Of a stretch of 64,000 bases of DNA, positions 8,798-17,342 are shown in pieces. Made by a program: the position numbers and the translations under genes. Source of the stretch: a virus. The stretch is taken from positions 32,001 through 96,000 of IMG/VR virus record IMGVR_UViG_3300045012_000066; one strand, given 5' to 3'. Position 1 is the first letter of the stretch; every line of letters begins with the position of its first letter. The notes beneath the pieces were generated by a model that saw only the letters and a list, made by a program, of their open reading frames with translations, was not told the origin of the DNA and did not search any database.

Positions 8798-10086
8798 TCA
8801 CTCTGGCGGCGGAGGGTAGAAGGCGTTGAAGTGCTCGTCGATGTACTCCAACGCCTCGGTATAGGTTGCAAAGTTGCAGACCTGCGTGTCTCCAGTGGGG
8901 ATGCCCTCGCGATGCGGCACCCAGCGCGATCCGCTCCATGCCAGACCGGGATGGTTGTTGTGGATAATGACGCAGCGGCCAAGTGCCCCTTGGATCACGC
9001 CGATGGGAAGCGGCGGCGCTTTGGCAGGCTGGGCCAGTACACCCCACTGGTCGCCTTTGCGCATCACGACGCTGCCACACTTCTTGCAGCCAGCCATGAG
9101 TGCCTCTGGTGACGTGCCGACGTACAGGAATTGCTCCCAGTCATTGTTTCCGCAGGTACACCAGACTTTTCCGTCTGCGATCCGCTGTATGTCTGCGAGG
9201 TCCATCAGTGCCTCTCCCAAACGAATTCCCATGAGCGCAGGCCAAGGTCATCTTCGTACACCGGCTCACCCTCAAAGTGATTGCTTAGAAAACGAATGCC
9301 GGTGTGATCGTTGTTGGGGTAGATTGCGCCCTTGAACTGGCCATCTACAAAGACCTCGACCACCTCGACCTTCCTGACGGTGTGCAGCTTCTTCCTGAAT
9401 TCGATCATCGCTCACCAACCCCTTTGCTGAACACCATCTCCGTGTCAGCGGGGAAAACTCTGTAGTAGTCGATCTCGTCGAAAGAGATTCTCTTGGTGCC
9501 GTTGTCGGTCTTCTCCCGCCAGATTTTATTCGCCTCGTCATAGGGCAGGGGGCCGGACACATCGATCCACTGGTTATCCATGCCGTCGTAGAGCCGCACG
9601 ATGAACAGGGAGTCCATCTTCATTCGTGTGCCTCCTTTAGTTCTTTCCACTTCGCGTTAAAAGCTTCGTCGGTAGGAGCCGGAAGTATGCCGAAAGCAGC
9701 CATGATTTTCAGTTGCAAATCACGAGCGCCGCGACAGAGATGCGTTTCCCGCTTGCCGTGCAGTGCCGGGTGATGGCAGAGTTGTGAGCCTTGAAACTGG
9801 GTGCTTCGTTTTACGACGCCTGCGTGGACAGTCGGGTCACCGTTGGGGCCGAATGGGCACGTGGCGCACTGGCTCTTCATTACGGGCAGGTCGAGGGCAT
9901 TGCGACGGGACCGCCGCCTCATGCGGCCTCCAGTGCTGCTTCCTCTGTGCGTTCGTCGTCATAGCAGAACAGGGCATCGCCGCCGTCATCGTGGTAAACG
10001 GCGTCGTACCCCATCTCCCCACAAAATTCAGGAATCCTGTCCACCCTCACCGGGCGACCGCAGTTCTTGCACTTTAACTCGCTCAT
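8798..10086 (-). other. Cluster of small hypothetical CDSs (8798-9205, 9205-9408, 9405-~9623, 9620-~9880, 9919-10086), several Cys-rich
   Basis: Tightly packed minus-strand ORFs converging on the HNH gene. Confidence 0.55.
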
Positions 10087-10697
10087 TCGTATACTCTCCA
10101 CACTTCGGTCAGGTCGAGGTTGAATCCTTCAACCGGGCCGGAACCCTCCATCTCGCTCGCTGGTGTGCCTATCGCCGCCGCCCCCGCCGCTGCCGCGATG
10201 AAGTAATAACTCTTCCGTCTGTAGGGGTCGATCAACCAGCCTACCTCGACACCGTTATGGCTCCACTCGTGCATCTTGTCTATCGCCTCTGTCAGCGAGT
10301 CCGTAGCTGACATCAGTTCAATAACGAAGTTCGGGCAAACGGGTGCAAACTTGCGCAGCGCCTCGCGTGGTACGGTTGCCAGCCGCTCAGCGGTAATGTA
10401 GGCAGCGTCCGGCCCCTTCTTTGATCCATCAGGCAGGATGAACAGCGTATTGGAGTCGTAAACGCGCCCGGTTTTATGGGTACTCCACCAGCTATATAGT
10501 TGCGCGATGATCGCTGCGTTTGCCTCGCTGCTTTCGTTGCCGGATGGCGTCATCATGCGGATCGTACCCTCTTTCGTCACTTCAAAATTCATGTCATCGT
10601 AGCGAACGCAAAGCTCGAAAAACTCGTCATCGCTCAGTGGTGGTGCAAAAGTAATCGTGTGGTTCTCAAACAGCAGCGGCTTCTCAAGCTGTGGCAT
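10083..10697 (-). CDS. Uma2 family (DUF820) restriction-endonuclease-fold protein
   Basis: SDDEFFELC, MTPSG.ES, PDAAYI, PNFVIELMS, GVEVGWLIDP motifs. Confidence 0.9.
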   Translation of the reverse strand: MPQLEKPLLFENHTITFAPPLSDDEFFELCVRYDDMNFEVTKEGTIRMMTPSGNESSEANAAIIAQLYSWWSTHKTGRVYDSNTLFILPDGSKKGPDAAYITAERLATVPREALRKFAPVCPNFVIELMSATDSLTEAIDKMHEWSHNGVEVGWLIDPYRRKSYYFIAAAAGAAAIGTPASEMEGSGPVEGFNLDLTEVWRVYE

Positions 10698-11352
10698 ACT
10701 GCTCCTCCATGCGGCGAAGTATCTTTGCCACCGTGGTGCCGCGCCACGGCTTGCCAGAGCGGCTCCTGTGGCCCCCGGCGTTGAGGTGCGCTGCGATATG
10801 CTTCGCCGTTGACCCGGTGCTGCGCCACGCCAGAATAAACTTCATAGTGGCGACCTCTTCCGGCTTCTCACCAAAGGCATGACGACCCTCACCCTTGCCG
10901 TGTTTTAATTTCTTGCGCTGACGGGCGGCGCGAAGCTTCTGCACGATCATCACGCGATCATACTCGGCTATCGCGCCCATGATCTGGCGCATCAGTTTAC
11001 GGCTGGGATCATCGCTGCACAGGTCCGGCTCATACGCTGAGATGAGCGTGAAGCCACGCTTCTGGATATCGGCAAGAATCGTTTCCTGCACCATCAGGTC
11101 GCGGGCTAGCCGGTCGAGCTTTTCGATGATGACGACCGTTACACCGTTCTCTTCCAGCGCTACGAATAGCTCCGCAAGCGCAGGGCGGTCGTCCAGTTCC
11201 TTGGTGCCGGATACGCCCTTCTCCTGAAAGACCTCGGCGATCTCGTAGCCGTTCCCAGCGGCGTACTTCTCGCAGGCGAGTTGCTGACGATCAAAGCCGT
11301 CGCCATCAATTTGGCCCCGGCCAGATACACGTAAATAAGCAAAGGCTTTCAT
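10684..11352 (-). CDS. Small serine recombinase (resolvase/invertase family) with C-terminal DNA-binding domain
   Basis: AYLRVS (catalytic Ser), Q, DRLAR motifs; C-terminal IAAHLN..G.RSRSGKPW..TTVAKIL. Confidence 0.9.
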   Translation of the reverse strand: MKAFAYLRVSGRGQIDGDGFDRQQLACEKYAAGNGYEIAEVFQEKGVSGTKELDDRPALAELFVALEENGVTVVIIEKLDRLARDLMVQETILADIQKRGFTLISAYEPDLCSDDPSRKLMRQIMGAIAEYDRVMIVQKLRAARQRKKLKHGKGEGRHAFGEKPEEVATMKFILAWRSTGSTAKHIAAHLNAGGHRSRSGKPWRGTTVAKILRRMEEQYATA

Positions 11353-11421
11353 TTACCCCTCCCGGTAAGTGATGCAGTTATGTTCGCAGAGTATGCGTAC
11401 AGTTGTCAACGTTGCATGCGT

Positions 11422-12350
11422 TCATGCCTGATGCCCTTTGACGTTGATGTCAGCGAAGTGCTGCAAGCGGGCGTCCATCTCTCTGCTCTCTAGCTTGTTG
11501 GCGTAGAGGCGCAGCAAGTCCACGATGTCGGAGCGAGTCCCGTCATCCATCCGCACGCCATTGATCTCGCGAAAGATTTCCGGAAGCCACATGAAGCGGA
11601 TCGTTCCGTTCCGGTCCATGCGCAGATAGGCAAGGACCACACCATCATCATCCATGGGTTTCATGTATCCGGTAACTGGAGTCTCAGCGTCCACTTATCA
11701 CCTCACAGAAAGGGGTTCTAAAGAGTTCAAAGTCTGAATGGATATTGTCGAGCACAGTGCTGCCATCGTGAGCAAGCGCCGCCTTCGCCACGTCCACCGG
11801 GAACGTGACGCCAAAGTAGGCCCGTCCGAGCTTATCCCAAGTGCAGTCGATTACCTTTCCGTCGTGGTCGAGGTTCCACGCGTGGTGGGCAGGGAAGTCC
11901 AGATTGTTAATGTCGGGAACGGCGTATCCTTCCACATACCGATAGCCGCGCCTCCGGCTCACCTGTAGCGCGTTGTAGAAGCACTGCCTCGGCATACCGC
12001 GCCGGATATCCTTCGGCAGCGGCTTCGGCTCGTACCAAACGCCGTGCTGCGTCAGGAAGTCGCCGATCCCGGCGTAGTGGTAGCCCTCAGGCACGCCGTT
12101 ACTGCGACAGTTCTTACTGAGCAAGGTCAGCCACTCAGTGATCGAGTCTTGCGGGCTTGCCATTCTTCGTTACCTCTTCCTCTTCGTAGTGAATTCCAGT
12201 CAGTTTCTCAACGCGCTTGATGCGCTCGTTGAGTAAATAAAACACTTTGTTCCAAGCCTTATATGCTCGCTTCGACGTAATCAGGACGTAAACCTGTATG
12301 ACGAGCACGGCCACAGCAATCACCAGATTGATGTACACCGGCTTCAGCAT
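11422..12350 (-). other. Three hypothetical CDSs (11422-11694, 11684-12163, 12135-12350 membrane-anchored)
   Basis: Overlapping ORFs; 11684-12163 has a C..NA..YVEG..HHAW..IDCTW phage motif. Confidence 0.6.
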
Positions 12351-12629
12351 TTACCCACCAAATTCTTTCTTCGTGCCGACGAGTACATTGCCGACTACGA
12401 AGTCCACAATACCAGCACGATTGCCGAACAGGAGAATCGAAGCCTCCCGGTTGATGGGCTTCTGCTTCATCTTGCCGTCCTCGTCCATGAGCATGAGCTT
12501 GCCGTTAGCCATCCGCTGCATTTCGAAGTAGCCGCCGACGTGCTCCTGTATCTCTGCCAGCGTGAAAGAGTTGCCGCTTATCGGCTTAATCTCTTCCTGT
12601 GCGCCGCTTGCTTTTATCAGTGTTGCCAT
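12351..12629 (-). CDS. DUF3846-like phage protein
   Basis: FTLAEIQEHVGGYFE...MDEDGKMK..PIN..AS...VGNVLV. Confidence 0.7.
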   Translation of the reverse strand: MATLIKASGAQEEIKPISGNSFTLAEIQEHVGGYFEMQRMANGKLMLMDEDGKMKQKPINREASILLFGNRAGIVDFVVGNVLVGTKKEFGG

Positions 12630-12643
12630 TTATTCCTCCCGGT

Positions 12644-12898
12644 TTATGGGTCTTCCTCGTAGTCAATCAAGGCGATAGTTTCCGTCATGGTATGTCGCCT
12701 GCCGCGTTCACGCACAGCCGGAAATTTAATTTCGTGAATATGTGACTGTGTGTGTATCTTTTTACCGTTCCACTCTCGCGACCGGCAGTCCTGATTGCGA
12801 CAGTGCGACGGGAGCGGATTGTCTTCGTATATCGTCCACTCGCGACCGCACACGTCGCATTTGCAGCGCTTCGCCGGGACAGTGATGTCGGTGATCAT
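12644..12898 (-). CDS. Zinc-ribbon protein
   Basis: CDVCGREW...PSHCRNQDCRSREWN. Confidence 0.65.
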   Translation of the reverse strand: MITDITVPAKRCKCDVCGREWTIYEDNPLPSHCRNQDCRSREWNGKKIHTQSHIHEIKFPAVRERGRRHTMTETIALIDYEEDP

Positions 12899-13410
12899 CA
12901 GCTTTCCAGCATCCTCGCCCGCTTGTCCTCAGGCGGTTCAGACTCGTGCCCGGACTCCATGAGGTGACACCAGACGCGCTTGTACAGGGAGTCGGTTTGC
13001 CACGCATCAAAGACGGCCTTCAGCCCGCGCTGGGAAAGCTGGTGCTGGATGCGGTCCTGCTCAGGGTCATCCTTGGACCGGCAGTCAAAGAAGGCACAGC
13101 CGAAAGGGGAAGTCTCCCAGATGAGGCACTTGCGCTTCTCAAAATAAATGCACGAGCCGTCTTCCTTGCTAGCCATGACCAGCGTCGGGATTCTGAAGGT
13201 CTCGCCGTCTTTCTTGACGATGGCTCCCGGTGACGCCTCCAGATTCACCTCGGCCCACTTCAGCGGGTCTTCACCATCCGGGATCATGCGCTCCAGATCG
13301 GCGGGGATGAGAAACCCCGGAAGATACATACAATTCCTGCGGCAGGTGCGGCAGGAGCAGCCCTCGCCGCGCTCTACGCCGAATTCGATTCTTGTGGCAG
13401 TCTGTGTCAT
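12898..13410 (-). CDS. YkgJ-like cysteine-cluster protein
   Basis: CSCRTCRRNC...CIYFEKRKC...PFGCAFFDC. Confidence 0.65.
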   Translation of the reverse strand: MTQTATRIEFGVERGEGCSCRTCRRNCMYLPGFLIPADLERMIPDGEDPLKWAEVNLEASPGAIVKKDGETFRIPTLVMASKEDGSCIYFEKRKCLIWETSPFGCAFFDCRSKDDPEQDRIQHQLSQRGLKAVFDAWQTDSLYKRVWCHLMESGHESEPPEDKRARMLES

Positions 13411-13832
13411 GCTCTCCTGAATGGTCGTTGTACTGCGTTCTTTGCGGCTGGGACAGGCCGGGGACTCACGCCATCCCATAGCTGGCGACCCGTCTCCCAG
13501 CACAGGCCCATTCTCGTGAAAACCGGTTCTCCGGTGAGGAGTCCCCAGAGGTGGTACTGATTCGAATAATCGACCAGTTGCGACTCTCGCGGGTATATCT
13601 CAACCATCTCCGTCTCCGGCCCAACGATCTCGTTCTTGATCCGCTGGAAGTCGCGCCAGTCATGCTTTGCTGTCCGCTCGTTGTCGCGGATCGAAAGGTG
13701 AATGATGTCCGGCCCGCCATCGTGCGGGTTCGGGTACTTGCGCAGGATGACGTGATACCGGTTGTTGTGGAATAAAATTCCATTGCCCTCTGGTATCTTT
13801 TCAGCCGCAAACGGTCGCCAGCTTTTAGGCAT
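13407..13832 (-). CDS. Conserved phage protein
   Basis: HLSI...HDWRDFQRIKNEIVG..EMVEIYP.ES.LVD.SN.YHLW motif typical of phage hypotheticals. Confidence 0.7.
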   Translation of the reverse strand: MPKSWRPFAAEKIPEGNGILFHNNRYHVILRKYPNPHDGGPDIIHLSIRDNERTAKHDWRDFQRIKNEIVGPETEMVEIYPRESQLVDYSNQYHLWGLLTGEPVFTRMGLCWETGRQLWDGVSPRPVPAAKNAVQRPFRRA

Positions 13833-14232
13833 CCACTAACTCCCCGTTCTTCAGGGCAGACGCGGAGCGTCGCAGCGCAGTCAGTCTCTCAATATGCTCG
13901 TCAATTTCAGGCATCAGTTTTTTCAGGTCAGCGCGTTTGTACGTTTCGTGAACAAGAATCTCCTCGATAATTGCTTTTATACTGGCCAACGTTTCCAGCA
14001 GGGCAGCGCTGTTCGGTCCACTGGGAGCGAGAGTGCCGACCTTAATCTGCGCCCTCGCGGGGACATTTGAGTTCTTGTTGTTGTAGGGATTCTGGAAGCG
14101 GTGGTCTTCACCGTTCCAGCGTCGGCTCTTGCACGACGAGCATCGCCCCGGCTTCTTCTCGGCGCTCCACTCGTGGCCGCACTTGATGCACTTACAGTCA
14201 AAAACCCTTTTCGTTCTGAGAGTAATGGGCAC
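13825..14232 (-). CDS. Zinc-ribbon protein
   Basis: CIKCGHEWSAEKKPGRCSSCKSRRWN. Confidence 0.7.
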   Translation of the reverse strand: MPITLRTKRVFDCKCIKCGHEWSAEKKPGRCSSCKSRRWNGEDHRFQNPYNNKNSNVPARAQIKVGTLAPSGPNSAALLETLASIKAIIEEILVHETYKRADLKKLMPEIDEHIERLTALRRSASALKNGELVDA

Positions 14233-14252
14233 TGGGGAAATCTCTTTCTGTG

Positions 14253-14588
14253 TCAGTTGACCTGCTGCCTATTCTCGCGGAATTGGCGGTGCAGATCGGA
14301 AATAAATTTACGCAAGTCGCGCTCCGGGATCATGCCGCCGAACTTCACGCGGAACGTCTCGACGCTGCGTTGCAACAGGGCGTCCCACTGGCTGGCATCG
14401 ACGAGGTCGGCGCAGGTTTTGCATGCCGCCCAGTCGGCCTGCGAATTGATGTTCAGCTTCTTGCCGTCTGGGTTTTCCACTTGCTGCGTAAAGGTCTTGG
14501 CCGGGTAACTGGCGTAGATGGGAGTGCCGGAACAGAAGTCGCAGATTAGACCCTCCGCTGGCGCGGTGACGTAGACCTCCTGCTTCAT
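14253..14588 (-). CDS. Hypothetical Cys-motif protein
   Basis: CDFC...WAACKTCADLV; paralogous pattern to 39536-39973. Confidence 0.6.
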   Translation of the reverse strand: MKQEVYVTAPAEGLICDFCSGTPIYASYPAKTFTQQVENPDGKKLNINSQADWAACKTCADLVDASQWDALLQRSVETFRVKFGGMIPERDLRKFISDLHRQFRENRQQVN

Positions 14589-15454
14589 GCCTGAGTCGCT
14601 TCCCAGAAGCCCTCACCGTAAGTGGTTTTACCGTCCTGAGAGTGGAAGACAAGCCTGTCGCCGCCCTCGCAGACGCGCACTTCTTTCTTTTGCGCGATGG
14701 CTTCAACGGCTCGCCGCATAGCCTCTCCGACGGCGATCTGCTCGTCCTCGTACTCGACGACCTTGGCGAAGTATTGGCATCCGCTGTGCAGTCCGTCATC
14801 GCCGAAGATGTACAACGCCCACGGACCTTCGCTGTCCTCGGTATACTGAAGCTCAGTCAATTCGTGGACGATGCTCACCCGATCCGGGGTCGCCATAGCC
14901 GGGTGGCCCGCCACGGCGCGAAGGAAGTCGTCCTGCTTGCGCTGGCGAGCACTGATGAGTGCATCCATCTGGTGAATCGCTTCGCGCAGGGCGGCATAGT
15001 TCTCGTCGTCAGCGATCTCCAGCAGCGTCGTGCGATGCTCGTTGAAAAACTCGGACGCCTCATTCGCAAACGCCACCGTGGCAGCTTCAAGCTCCTGTAC
15101 AGCAGTATTTACGCGCTTGGCACCTTCCGGGGTGGTCAAGCCTCGGGGTGTGAGGTCGATTGTCTGTTGATTGGCCAGCGCGTAGCGGGGCGTGAAGACA
15201 TCCTCGGTCAGCTTGCCGGTCTGGCGGTTGATGGCTTTACGGATGCCGTAAACGTCATGCGAAAAGTCCTGCATGGGAGCCGCCAGCAGTCCCGCGAAGT
15301 CCAGCGGGCATCCATTGGCGTGGCAGGCGGTCAGGTCCATAATCAGGGTGCGTGGCTCGTCGGGATAGCCCGTAAGGTCGCGCATGGCCCGGTCTACAAC
15401 CTGCATGAGGAGATCGTGTTCCTGCTCCGTGATTTCCCAGTTGGTGATCGTCAT
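14585..15454 (-). CDS. Protein with N-terminal DUF6874-like domain
   Basis: MDLTACHANGCPLDF..LL...DFSHDVYGI...TGKL...FTPRYA. Confidence 0.65.
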   Translation of the reverse strand: MTITNWEITEQEHDLLMQVVDRAMRDLTGYPDEPRTLIMDLTACHANGCPLDFAGLLAAPMQDFSHDVYGIRKAINRQTGKLTEDVFTPRYALANQQTIDLTPRGLTTPEGAKRVNTAVQELEAATVAFANEASEFFNEHRTTLLEIADDENYAALREAIHQMDALISARQRKQDDFLRAVAGHPAMATPDRVSIVHELTELQYTEDSEGPWALYIFGDDGLHSGCQYFAKVVEYEDEQIAVGEAMRRAVEAIAQKKEVRVCEGGDRLVFHSQDGKTTYGEGFWEATQA

Positions 15455-15483
15455 TTATTTTCTTCCCTCTCCTGTAAACCTGT

Positions 15484-15687
15484 TTACGTGTTGAACTTCT
15501 CGCGCCTCGGGCGCTTGGTGATCGGCTGCGCATTCCCGCAACTGCCGCAAACGTTGTAGCGGAGTCCCGGCATGCCGCCGACTTCCGAACCGTCCCGCTC
15601 GGTCAGCGCCATCTGGCCGCACTTGCGGCAGCGCAGATTGCGTGTCTGATTGCTGACTCGTATTGCCTCTCTCTGATCGTCATCCAT
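15484..15687 (-). CDS. Small zinc-ribbon hypothetical protein
   Basis: CRKCG...CGSCG. Confidence 0.5.
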   Translation of the reverse strand: MDDDQREAIRVSNQTRNLRCRKCGQMALTERDGSEVGGMPGLRYNVCGSCGNAQPITKRPRREKFNT

Positions 15688-15694
15688 ATTGCGC

Positions 15695-16249
15695 TTAGCC
15701 CTGAGCTAGTGCGGTAATCTCCGTCATCATGAAGTCGATGCCCATGAAGACTTTTCTCGCCTCGGTTTCATATAGAAAGCGCTCTGTAGGAACCAGCACG
15801 CCGTCAATGTAGCGTTGCCATACTCCCTTATCCGGGTCCACGAACCAGATGTGCGGTATCTCTGCCTCGTCATATTCCGCGAACTTGCGACGGATGCGCC
15901 TCATAGATTCATCGGGGCTGAGTATCTCAAATACGGCTAGCGGCGTTGCGGTGACAATCTTCCCTTTGGCTCTTTCTTTGGTAGCGTCGAGAATGGTAAC
16001 GTCGGGAACCCGGTGCATGCCGGGGCGCAGCCGCACGCGCACCTCGGGCAGGCTTTCGATGGCCCACTCTCTTTTGTGCTGCGCAAACCAAAGCATAATG
16101 GCTTGCTGCCATCTACTGTGCTCAATCGTTCCCACTGGCCTCTCCTCAACAATCCCATCGGTAAATTCTGCATCTGGCTCAAAGCTGAAATGGTTGAGGT
16201 ACTCTTCCTCGGTCATCATCATTGGCGGATGCTGATATGCGGTTGCCAT
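15695..16249 (-). CDS. Second Uma2 family endonuclease-fold protein
   Basis: ATG 16249 after GGAG; EEYL..FEPDAEF.DG.VEER, RVPDV, VFEILSPDE, IPHIWFVDP. Confidence 0.9.
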   Translation of the reverse strand: MATAYQHPPMMMTEEEYLNHFSFEPDAEFTDGIVEERPVGTIEHSRWQQAIMLWFAQHKREWAIESLPEVRVRLRPGMHRVPDVTILDATKERAKGKIVTATPLAVFEILSPDESMRRIRRKFAEYDEAEIPHIWFVDPDKGVWQRYIDGVLVPTERFLYETEARKVFMGIDFMMTEITALAQG

Positions 16250-16647
16250 TAAGACTCCTTCTGTCCGTTCTCCTGTGGGCTTGTCCGAAAGAGAAACGCC
16301 CAGCCCTCTTCGGCGTCGAAGCTGCCCAGACGGTTGCCCTGCGCGTCGTACCACGTCCGGCGCTGCTCGTCGTTTTCCTTCTGGCTCTTCCAGCCCCGCG
16401 CCGCGACGGCCTCGTGCAGGGTCTGGCCTTGGGCCATGTTCTTCTTAATCCAGAACGGATCGTAGGCAAACGGGATGTCGTAGCAGAGCTTCCCGGTCAC
16501 CTGATTGTGGAACGTAGTCGCGTTGGCTTTCTCCAGCGGGTAGCGCGACAGGATTCCCTTGTTGACTTCGTTGACTTCGATGTATAGATCGGCCTCGTGA
16601 TCGGCGATATAGCCGCCTGTTGCTTTTACTTCTTCGTAGAGACTCAT
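16249..16647 (-). CDS. Hypothetical protein
   Basis: 132-aa ORF coupled to both neighbours. Confidence 0.6.
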   Translation of the reverse strand: MSLYEEVKATGGYIADHEADLYIEVNEVNKGILSRYPLEKANATTFHNQVTGKLCYDIPFAYDPFWIKKNMAQGQTLHEAVAARGWKSQKENDEQRRTWYDAQGNRLGSFDAEEGWAFLFRTSPQENGQKES

Positions 16648-16796
16648 TAGCTGCCGACTCTCTCGCGGCGCAGGTCGGCCTCGATGTTGAGTAGCCGGGT
16701 GTCGGTGCGGCTCTGCCCAAGCTGGTCAAGCAAAATGCCCACGAGGACTAGGAAGCTGGGAATGCCGATGGCAAGAAAAAGTTGCGAGTTGGTCAT
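16647..16796 (-). CDS. 49-aa membrane-anchored peptide (absent from the ORF track)
   Basis: Read by hand: MTNSQLFLAIGIPSFLVLVGILLDQLGQSRTDTRLLNIEADLRRERVGS; GGAG SD; stop overlaps the next ATG. Confidence 0.7.
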   Translation of the reverse strand: MTNSQLFLAIGIPSFLVLVGILLDQLGQSRTDTRLLNIEADLRRERVGS

Positions 16797-17313
16797 GCGT
16801 GTTCTCTCCTCCCAGAGATTGGTTTAGGTGTGTGTTCGTCTTCAGTCAATTTCGCCGCCTGCCTCGATTGGCCCGCAAATTTTAATTCGCAGCACATGCC
16901 ATTCTTCCGGCGTCATGCAGTCCAGCGGGTGATGGCCGACGGTCATTGCTGAAAGCTTGTAGGCGATAGCGGATGCGTGGCGGTAGTCTTCGCGGGAGTA
17001 AAATGCCTGCACCTCGCGCTCGCGCCTGTCGCGCTCTGCCTGCTTTTGATTGAACTCGGCGATCATGTCCGGGGTTGCGACGATGTAGTGGCTGGCACCG
17101 TGCAGCCCCGGCTCGCGGCCAGTGCCTTTCTCGATCCGCTGACTGCCCATGAAAATGAATTTAGGTGTGACCTTGGTGACCCCGCGCAGAGCGCCCGTCC
17201 ACTTGGACTCGTTCTCGCGGTCAACTCTCATCGGCGCAAGCTGGTCGCCGACCTGTACGTCCTGAAGACTGTGTTTCGCCATTACCCCTCCCGGTAAATT
17301 AACTGAAATCACA

Positions 17314-17342
17314 GTACAGCATGCTCGGCACCGCAGTGTCAA
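17314..17342 (-). promoter_or_regulatory. Sigma70-like -35 with conserved spacer operator
   Basis: TTGACA-CTGCGGTGCCGAG; -10 element weak. Confidence 0.45.

Noticed and set aside
10684-11352. IS607-type transposon
   Set aside because: No N-terminal MerR HTH and no tnpB; the DNA-binding domain is C-terminal.
12320-12340. VYIN codons of 12135-12350 as a self-target of the last unit of array 1
   Set aside because: The match stops after four dinucleotides (CT versus CC at the fifth); expected by chance.
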